Positions 57,264-64,000 of a stretch of 64,000 nt of DNA are shown here, one piece after another (the first letter of the stretch is position 1; every line of letters begins with the position of its first letter). Source of the stretch: Patescibacteria group bacterium (lineage in GTDB: Bacteria > Patescibacteriota > WWE3 > UBA101185 > UBA10185); assembly GCA_049322215.1 (NCBI GenBank), contig JBMORU010000001.1, positions 836,023 to 900,022 of the forward strand, given 5' to 3'. The notes under the pieces are model-generated. The model made no database searches and was not told the origin of the DNA. It saw only the letters and a program-made list of their open reading frames with translations. The position numbers were made by a program, and so were the translations under genes.

Positions 57264-58757
57264 TTACTCAGTAACGTTTGTGGTAACTTCCTCTTTTTTT
57301 TGCTTGTAAATAGTAGCTAAAGGGTTTCCACTGTTATCTACAAACTGCTGTTCTAAAACATAGCTATTTAACACTTCCGTTGGGATTAGTCTAAATTCTT
57401 GATTAAAAGAAACCTGTACAATGTGTGCGGGCATTTGTGATGGATTTAAAGGATAGTATGGTGGACCATATATGTAGTACTCTCCAATTGTTTGATTATC
57501 GTCAGTATAAAAACTTCGGGGCAGTCCGTTTTCTTCAAAATAAGCAGAAACTTTATCCCAACTTCTGTAATATGGAAATCCGTACAAAAACAAGTGATAA
57601 TCATTTTTCTTAATTCTATCTACTTTGTAACCTAACACATGTGTACTTTTCCATGGGTAACCTGTATTGAGTAGAGGCAAGTAAACATTATAAGAAACAC
57701 CAAAAATTAAAACAAAAATCGTTATTGTAAATGCAACAAACCCCCATTTTAAATAACCAAAGGCAACTTCAATAACAGTAACCATGCCTACAGATGCCAA
57801 AATAAACAAAGGTGGGAAGTAGTTTAATATATGCGTCCCGGGATTAGAAAAAACTAGCTCAAAAAGTATAAATGGCAAAAGAAACCAAAGAAAAACAGTT
57901 TTTAAGCGCCAATCAAATTTATGAACAAAGGCTATTACTGAAAAACTTAAAGGAACTAAACTAAAGTACAAAGGATTATAAACTAAATACGTATATAAAC
58001 TGCTGTTGGTTGCGTAATCTTTTCCAGAAACCCGCCTTAACAAATAGTTGCTTGTATAGTCTGAAAAATATCCCTTTAATAAGTACGGAATGTAAAAGCT
58101 TGAAACAATAGCTAAAAATACTGGTACATAAAGTAAAACAACTTCTTTAAGTTTATTTGGATTTTTTAATAAATAAAAAAGAAGAATTAACCCAACAACA
58201 AAATCATAAAATAGGGCATCATAATGCGCTAAGTATGAAAAAGCTAAGAACACAGCAGAAAGAAATAACCAAAACCTGCTGTACTTGTAATTTTTAATAT
58301 ACATCAATACAAATAATATAGATAAAAAGCCAAAAAGAAGTAAAAAACTCTGATACTGTGCTGTTCTGCTAAAAGCAATAAAAAACCCATTAAAGCTAAA
58401 CAAAAATGCAGATATAGAAGCGACTTTAAAATTAAATAAAGTTTTAACCAAAAAGTAAAAAACAATAACCGCTAAAAATCCCGCAAGTGCATAAGGCAAG
58501 CGTATATATGCCTCATCAAAGTTTCCAAATATATTTTCTGCACCCCATGAAACTAAAAACTGAATTGGGCCCTTGCGTTGATTAAGCAAAAAGTCTTTTA
58601 AAGAAATATCTTTACGCAAAAATAGTGTTTTAGTTTCATCACCATAAAAATGTGAGTACCCTAATTGAGGAAAGCGCAAAAACGCACTAGTTATAATTAA
58701 TATTAGAAATGAGTTTATTTCTACAAAATTACGTTTGAAAAAACTTAGTTTAAACAC
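57264..58757 (-). CDS. PMT/ArnT-like GT-C membrane glycosyltransferase
   Basis: N-terminal loop DE motif (FYGDETK); more than 12 TM helices. Confidence 0.5.
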   Translation of the reverse strand: MFKLSFFKRNFVEINSFLILIITSAFLRFPQLGYSHFYGDETKTLFLRKDISLKDFLLNQRKGPIQFLVSWGAENIFGNFDEAYIRLPYALAGFLAVIVFYFLVKTLFNFKVASISAFLFSFNGFFIAFSRTAQYQSFLLLFGFLSILFVLMYIKNYKYSRFWLFLSAVFLAFSYLAHYDALFYDFVVGLILLFYLLKNPNKLKEVVLLYVPVFLAIVSSFYIPYLLKGYFSDYTSNYLLRRVSGKDYATNSSLYTYLVYNPLYFSLVPLSFSVIAFVHKFDWRLKTVFLWFLLPFILFELVFSNPGTHILNYFPPLFILASVGMVTVIEVAFGYLKWGFVAFTITIFVLIFGVSYNVYLPLLNTGYPWKSTHVLGYKVDRIKKNDYHLFLYGFPYYRSWDKVSAYFEENGLPRSFYTDDNQTIGEYYIYGPPYYPLNPSQMPAHIVQVSFNQEFRLIPTEVLNSYVLEQQFVDNSGNPLATIYKQKKEEVTTNVTE

Positions 58758-58763
58758 AATATC

Positions 58764-59708
58764 TTACTCAGAATCTTCTTTGCTTGCTAAATACTTTTCT
58801 GCATCCAAAGCAGCCATACAACCATAGCCAGCAGCTGTAATGGCTTGCCTGTAACGATAATCATGCACATCTCCCGAAATAAAAATTCCATTTAGAGAAG
58901 AATTTGTGTTTTCTTTTGTTACAGCATACCCAACATGATCAATTTCTATCACATCTTTCAAAAATCCTGTATTGGGATTATGCCCAATTGCAACAAATAA
59001 GCCCTGAACTTCTAAAGTTGATTCTTCGTTAGTTTTACTATTTAAAAGTTTTAAACCAGAAACAAAGTTTTCGCCTAAAACATCAGTAACTTCGGTATTA
59101 AATATAAACTCAATTTTTTCGTTTGAGTAGGCGCGTGTTTGCATTATTTTACTAGCTTTCATACTTTCTTTATCGCCACGAACTAAAACATATACCTTAG
59201 TAGCAAACTTTGTTAAAAAGTTAGATTCTTCCATAGCAGCGTCACCACCCCCTACAACTGCAACAACTTTGTCTTTGAAAAAGAATCCATCACATGTAGC
59301 ACACGCAGAAACACCTTTAGAACGTAAACGCTGCTCGTTTTCTAAACCTAACCACTTAGCAGAAGCTCCTGTAGCTACAATAACAGTCTTGCCTTTAAAA
59401 GTTTGCGTATCTTCAGTTTCAATACAAAAACCTTCTACACATTTTTCAACCTTAATTACATTTTCATCTAAAAATTCGGTTCCAAATCTTTTAGCTTGTT
59501 CCCGCATTAAATTTACTAACTCAGGACCTTGAACTCCTTTAGGAAATCCAGGATAGTTTTCTACCTCAGTTGTCCACATTAATTGTCCTCCTGGCGGATT
59601 TCCGGCAAAAACAAAAGTAGATAACTCGGCTCGAGAAGTGTAAATTGCAGCAGTTAAACCCGCTGGACCACCGCCAATTATTAAAACATCATAAATTTTG
59701 CTATTCAT
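58764..59708 (-). CDS. trxB: thioredoxin-disulfide reductase
   Basis: FAD motif GGGPAGLTAA, redox CATCDG, NADPH motif GGGDAAMEE. Confidence 0.95.
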   Translation of the reverse strand: MNSKIYDVLIIGGGPAGLTAAIYTSRAELSTFVFAGNPPGGQLMWTTEVENYPGFPKGVQGPELVNLMREQAKRFGTEFLDENVIKVEKCVEGFCIETEDTQTFKGKTVIVATGASAKWLGLENEQRLRSKGVSACATCDGFFFKDKVVAVVGGGDAAMEESNFLTKFATKVYVLVRGDKESMKASKIMQTRAYSNEKIEFIFNTEVTDVLGENFVSGLKLLNSKTNEESTLEVQGLFVAIGHNPNTGFLKDVIEIDHVGYAVTKENTNSSLNGIFISGDVHDYRYRQAITAAGYGCMAALDAEKYLASKEDSE

Positions 59709-59818
59709 TGCTTAATTATACGTTTAATTGCATTTTTGCAAAATGAAAAAGTCAGTTTGACATATATTGCTCAATACACATATAATTCGCTGCATGCTAA
59801 AAACTGCCACCAAAAAAT

Positions 59819-60442
59819 ATGCTGGAGTCACTACTGTTACTTCCATTTGTAATATCTGCTTTTTCGTCTCATAACCTTGAGGCAGCGTATGCATTAGAAA
59901 CCCAACACTTCATTGCAAATACAGACAAAAATATAATTCTTGATGTTCCATATTTTCATCAAATAAATAGTCTTACAGAGCAAGGAAAAAAAGAAAACGG
60001 AGGTTCTGCATGTGGACCAACTGCATTAGCAATGGTGCTAAGTTATGAGGGCTTAAATTTTACGCTAGACGAAGTTATTAATAAACTCCCAAACAATGTA
60101 TATGTAAAGGGTGTAATGTTTTACGATTTAGCCGCTGGACCAGAAATTTTTGGAAAAAAAGCAATTGAAATAGAACAAAACCCAACCTCGTATTACAACA
60201 TATTGAAAGAGGGTAAACCAATAGTACTTAACGTACAAAACTACGATGGCGTAGTAGGGCATGCACTAGTAATAGTAGGTATGGCAGGGTACAACGGAAA
60301 AACTGCAGATGCCTTAATTGTGCATGACCCACTTAAATCTTCCTATCAAAGTTTTGAATACATAAACAATAATACACTTAAACAACCAGCTGGGTATTCC
60401 TTACCAATTGGAATAATTAAACCATTCTATGTTGAAGACTGA
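59819..60442 (+). CDS. secreted C39-like peptidase-domain protein
   Basis: GGSACGPTALAMVLSY Cys motif, His in 'VVGHALVIVG'. Confidence 0.5.
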   Translation: MLESLLLLPFVISAFSSHNLEAAYALETQHFIANTDKNIILDVPYFHQINSLTEQGKKENGGSACGPTALAMVLSYEGLNFTLDEVINKLPNNVYVKGVMFYDLAAGPEIFGKKAIEIEQNPTSYYNILKEGKPIVLNVQNYDGVVGHALVIVGMAGYNGKTADALIVHDPLKSSYQSFEYINNNTLKQPAGYSLPIGIIKPFYVED

Positions 60443-60449
60443 ATAACAA

Positions 60450-61790
60450 GTGTTAGAATCAATAGTAATGAGAAAGAAAATTTTACTGCCCATAATACTA
60501 ATAGTATCTTTATTAGGTATTATTTATTTAATTAATCCACATGCATACAAGCCAATAACAGTTTTTAGAGGAGGAAGCAAAATAGGCAGCCTTGATTTAA
60601 CTGGAGAAAAACTAGACGTGGGTTACAATATACTAACTTATCAGCTTAAAAAACCTATTTACTTAAACTTAGAAACATCAAGCCAAGCGGTAACTTTAAA
60701 CGATATAGGCATAGGGATTAATTTAGACGCCCTAACAAAAATGACAAAGACATGCAGATTTAGTTCACTGCAGTTTTTTTGTAAAAACACTTCTAATGAA
60801 GCTCTTGATCCATTAAATGCGTTATCTTTAAATCAGGAAAAGTTAGACGAGTTTTTAAATCAAATAGAGCATGAAACTCAGTTTTTAGCAGAGAACACTA
60901 TTATTTCTTTTAGTGATTATACTTTTAGAGCAGCAACACCTAATGCAGCAATTGAATTAGATAGGGAACCTTTTAGTTCGAAAGAAAAAATTTCACAACT
61001 TATTACTCAAGAAGACCGTGTGAAAGTAAAACTAAATGCAAGTCCAGTAGACAATAAAGAAGAACAGCAAACCTTAACTAAAACTTTAATTTCAAACATT
61101 CAAAAACCACTGCTAATTAAATACGGAAGAAATCCTGTTTACATACCTGCTGAAACTATTGCAACTTTTGTAACTACAGAAGAACGAGATGGTTTATTGT
61201 ATGGTAAGGTAATAGAAGCTCCTATAGGCACTTACTTAGATAAACTTGGAAAAGAATACGAATCGGAAGATGTTATATTAGAAAAGAGCAATGCTGTGGA
61301 TGCGATACGACGTGCTTTGCTTTTTAGGGCAACAGATTACGAAATTAACAATGCCGTAATATTACCTATTGCAGGAAAACCCCAAACCGATGGTAGCTTG
61401 CATAATGTGTACCTTGAAGTAGTTAAAGATCAGCAAAGACTATATAGATGGGAAAATGGAGAGTTAGTGAAAACATATATTATATCTACAGGCTTAACGT
61501 GGGAAACACCTCCAGGAGAGTATAAAGTGTTAGGAAAGCAAAAAATGACAATATCTTATTACGACGATTGGTACATGCCAAATTACTTACCCATTGGTAC
61601 TATAAATGGATACAGATTTGGATTTCATTCTATTCCATATCACCAAGACGCTGCAGGAAATATTTACTCAAGAGATCCAAACACAATGGGAAGTCCTGCA
61701 ACAGGAGGATGTATTCAACTAACAGAAGAAGAGTCTTTAGAGCTATTTAACTGGGCCGAAATAGGTACACCAGTATATATTTACGAATAA
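60450..61790 (+). CDS. L,D-transpeptidase (YkuD domain) with N-terminal membrane anchor
   Basis: C-terminal 'GFHSIPY...GSPATGGCIQL' catalytic H/C motif. Confidence 0.8.
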   Translation: MLESIVMRKKILLPIILIVSLLGIIYLINPHAYKPITVFRGGSKIGSLDLTGEKLDVGYNILTYQLKKPIYLNLETSSQAVTLNDIGIGINLDALTKMTKTCRFSSLQFFCKNTSNEALDPLNALSLNQEKLDEFLNQIEHETQFLAENTIISFSDYTFRAATPNAAIELDREPFSSKEKISQLITQEDRVKVKLNASPVDNKEEQQTLTKTLISNIQKPLLIKYGRNPVYIPAETIATFVTTEERDGLLYGKVIEAPIGTYLDKLGKEYESEDVILEKSNAVDAIRRALLFRATDYEINNAVILPIAGKPQTDGSLHNVYLEVVKDQQRLYRWENGELVKTYIISTGLTWETPPGEYKVLGKQKMTISYYDDWYMPNYLPIGTINGYRFGFHSIPYHQDAAGNIYSRDPNTMGSPATGGCIQLTEEESLELFNWAEIGTPVYIYE

Positions 61791-61916
61791 AAAAAGGGCA
61801 AATGCAATAAAAACAAAAAGTTTCTACTACAAATGCCCTAACCAGATCGAGCGGAGAAAATCAATATGTTGTCATATTACAGGCTATAGGGTATGTTGTC
61901 AATGTTTTAATAAAAT

Positions 61917-62378
61917 ATGCCACACTTAATAATGGAACTACATGCGTATAGATTGAGAAATAAGTCTATCTTTAGACGGACTATTCAGATATATGATGAA
62001 TACGTTTTATATAAAAGAAGATCTTGGTTTAAAATGCACGAAGTTACCATGACATACAACCATATAACCCAAGTTAACATAGATACGGGAATAGTGTTTG
62101 CTCACATGGAATTAATTAGTTCAAGTAGCTCTGCAAATATACAAATTAGATACTTGTTTAAAAAACCTGCTTTAAAGGCAAAAGCCATTATAGAGAAAAA
62201 AATACATCTTGCTCACAATAAAGAGCACATGAGCATTTTTAACAACAAAAACTTAGGGTCTAAAATAGCAGGGTTAGAGATGTCACTTGATAGACTGCAG
62301 GAGCTTTTGCATCGAGGAAAAATAAATAAGAAAGAGTATAATAAAAGACGAGATAAACTAGTTAAAAAGATTGATTAA
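61917..62378 (+). CDS. hypothetical protein, bacterial PH (bPH_2/DUF304)-like
   Basis: 'ITQVNIDTGIVFAHMELISSS..ANIQIRYLFKK' pattern. Confidence 0.4.
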   Translation: MPHLIMELHAYRLRNKSIFRRTIQIYDEYVLYKRRSWFKMHEVTMTYNHITQVNIDTGIVFAHMELISSSSSANIQIRYLFKKPALKAKAIIEKKIHLAHNKEHMSIFNNKNLGSKIAGLEMSLDRLQELLHRGKINKKEYNKRRDKLVKKID

Positions 62379-62418
62379 GTACTTTAACTTGTGGTATTTT
62401 TCTCTCACTTGTATGTTT

Positions 62419-62494
62419 GCGGCGGTAGTTCAGTTGGTAGAATGTCTCCCTTCCAAGGAGAAGGTCGCCGGTTCGAATCCGGTCCGCCGCTCCA
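62419..62494 (+). tRNA. tRNA-Gly (anticodon UCC)
   Basis: Hand-folded cloverleaf: acceptor GCGGCGG/CCGCCGC, D arm GTTC/GAAT, anticodon stem TCTCC/GGAGA with loop CTTCCAA (U33, UCC, A37), T arm GCCGG-TTCGAAT-CCGGT, encoded CCA. Confidence 0.9.
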
Positions 62495-62509
62495 TTTAAA
62501 CCTATAGTA

Positions 62510-62538
62510 TTGACTGCTTTATCAATCACATTTATAAT
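62510..62538 (+). promoter_or_regulatory. sigma-70 promoter TTGACT-17-TATAAT with upstream ATAGTA
   Basis: Read directly from sequence; shares the ATAGTATTGACT motif with 48512-48523. Confidence 0.5.
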
Positions 62539-62593
62539 TGTCCAAGAATATTAACCCAATATGAATCCGGCTTAAAGCCAAGGAGATGTGGAA

Positions 62594-63049
62594 ATGACCA
62601 CGAAAATTAGTTACGCTTTAATCAAAGAAGACGCATACGAAGAAGAACGTGCTGAATTTTTACCAGGAAACAAAGCCTTATGTGAAAAGTTGAACAATGG
62701 CGCAAAGTTTGGCATTGCTTTCATGAACCCATTGTACGGAGAAGGTAGAAGCATTGAACTTGATGCTTGGCAACTTCAATATGCCGTTGTTTATTTAAAC
62801 GATGGTAATACATTGCCGTTTCCTCTTTTTTGGCATGCAATTGGATACAATACAGACGATGATTTTCCAGAAACACTAGGCATTTTAGAGTATATGATTA
62901 TGAAAATTTTCGGAAAACAATTTGCCGGGTGCACTGCTGTTACAGACGGTGATGAAAAAGGAAAATTACGTGCTAAACGAGCTGCTATTGCTCTTGCAAA
63001 TGGTAAAACACTGAATGATGCTTATGTAGATATTTTTCCCGTAAGCTAA
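62594..63049 (+). CDS. hypothetical protein (152 aa)
   Basis: AAGGAG RBS then ATG at 62594 (the ORF track starts at 62588); elevated GC. Confidence 0.45.
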   Translation: MTTKISYALIKEDAYEEERAEFLPGNKALCEKLNNGAKFGIAFMNPLYGEGRSIELDAWQLQYAVVYLNDGNTLPFPLFWHAIGYNTDDDFPETLGILEYMIMKIFGKQFAGCTAVTDGDEKGKLRAKRAAIALANGKTLNDAYVDIFPVS

Positions 63050-63273
63050 TTCAGTTTCTCAAAGCCAGGTAGATGCAGAAGTAAAAACAAACTTCTTTCA
63101 TTTACCTGGTATTTTTTACTTAATTTAGTTAGCCAAAAAAAGCTGCACTTTTTATAAGCACCAACTTATTTGTATAAAACCTGAATAAAACTAAACTATA
63201 CTAACAGCCGTTGTAAATGGCCTATAGTGATGATATAATGGTGGCAAAATATATCCCATAAAGGAGATTTGAT

Positions 63274-63579
63274 ATGTGGATCTTACAAATGTTTAGGAAA
63301 AAAAAGAAGCCGAAAACAACCGGTTTTAGCGACGAACTTAACATTGCAAGCTTTCAGGATGAAAAGCGACTTCGGCCAAAGTGGATAAAAGCCTTTACTG
63401 CAAAAAAGGGTGACCCAAAGGTTGTTATCAAACAAAAAAACCTAGTGGCAGAGGTGAAACGCGAAGACGAATGGTATGTAATTTGGGCATACGATAAACG
63501 TGATCCAATGCGCAACATAAAAACAAAAATAACGCTGTTCGAAGCAAAAAAGTTTGTTGCCAAAGTACGTAGTTGGTAG
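63274..63579 (+). CDS. hypothetical basic protein (101 aa)
   Basis: AAAGGAG RBS; Lys-rich. Confidence 0.4.
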   Translation: MWILQMFRKKKKPKTTGFSDELNIASFQDEKRLRPKWIKAFTAKKGDPKVVIKQKNLVAEVKREDEWYVIWAYDKRDPMRNIKTKITLFEAKKFVAKVRSW

Positions 63580-63643
63580 GAAAACAAAAAAGGCTTCGCG
63601 CTTATTAAAGCCCGCCTATAAACTATCCTACTAAAACTGACTA

Positions 63644-63688
63644 GGGAAAAAACAAGGCTATTTAACTCGTTTTTTCCCTATTTTTTTT
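63644..63688 (+). terminator. Rho-independent terminator (GGGAAAAAAC-loop-GTTTTTTCCC, then a T-run)
   Basis: Read directly from sequence. Confidence 0.55.
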
Positions 63689-63792
63689 ATATAGATGCTT
63701 TAGTTCCCCTAAGTTTTTATAGTTTGTGCAATTAATTAGCACATAACACAAACGTTTACCTAACTCTATAAAGCCGTTATCATATTAATATA

Positions 63793-64000
63793 TGAAATCA
63801 AGATCCGTGAAGTTAATGCACCGCGTTTATAGCTCAAACCATGTGCTAGATTCACCTCTGTTAATGTTTTCTACTATAGTAGTTTTGTTTACTATTGCAG
63901 ATGCAATAATTGCATACAGTGTTCCTATATATATTGAAAGCACATATCATAGCACAACCATAATGGGATTTTTAATGGCCATTTCTTCTACAGCAGGTAT
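63793..64000 (+). CDS. partial ORF running off the window end (probable membrane protein)
   Basis: ATG at 63793, hydrophobic stretch, no stop before the window end. Confidence 0.25.

Noticed and set aside
57086-57274. 62-aa alternative-frame ORF overlapping the small Cys-rich ORF
   Set aside because: No RBS. Overlaps a frame with a better start context.
1-64000. CRISPR arrays, rRNA genes, transposases/integrases
   Set aside because: No direct-repeat/spacer periodicity, no rRNA-like conserved stretches and no transposase/integrase motifs were seen. The only RNA gene found is tRNA-Gly.

Overview
Low-GC (~33% by eye) bacterial chromosomal segment with dense, mostly short genes, frequent 4-nt start/stop overlaps, a mix of Shine-Dalgarno and leaderless starts, and the standard genetic code. 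This content is compatible with a small-genome Gram-positive-like or Patescibacteria-like organism, which is an inference only. Main supported content, in order along the window:

- A Dcm-type C5-cytosine methyltransferase with an N-terminal HTH domain.
- An ArsR-controlled thiol-redox and ArsP-like permease operon.
- A Mrr-type nuclease paired with an ATP-grasp ligase.
- A stress-protein cluster.
- A leaderless operon encoding a bacterial Pelota/eRF1-like protein together with a Clp-N-repeat protein, a degenerate (Asp-less) OmpR-type regulator and a PH-like protein. This is the most unusual system in the window.
- CIRCE-controlled hsp20.
- DNA repair genes (tag, nfo, dnaQ-like exonuclease).
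- Sugar-nucleotide enzymes (galT-like, galE).
- pyrD, ldh and an ABC-2 exporter.
- A pilB/gspE ATPase.
- A bacterial Elp3 homolog (radical SAM + GNAT).
- CcdA/DsbA-like disulfide machinery.
- A 50% GC island carrying two unknown ORFs.
- A glycosylation cluster (GT2 plus several GT-C/PMT-like membrane glycosyltransferases) interleaved with sodA, mscS and trxB.
- C39-like peptidase-domain proteins and an L,D-transpeptidase.
- One tRNA-Gly(UCC).

No rRNA, CRISPR array or recognisable transposase/integrase was seen.
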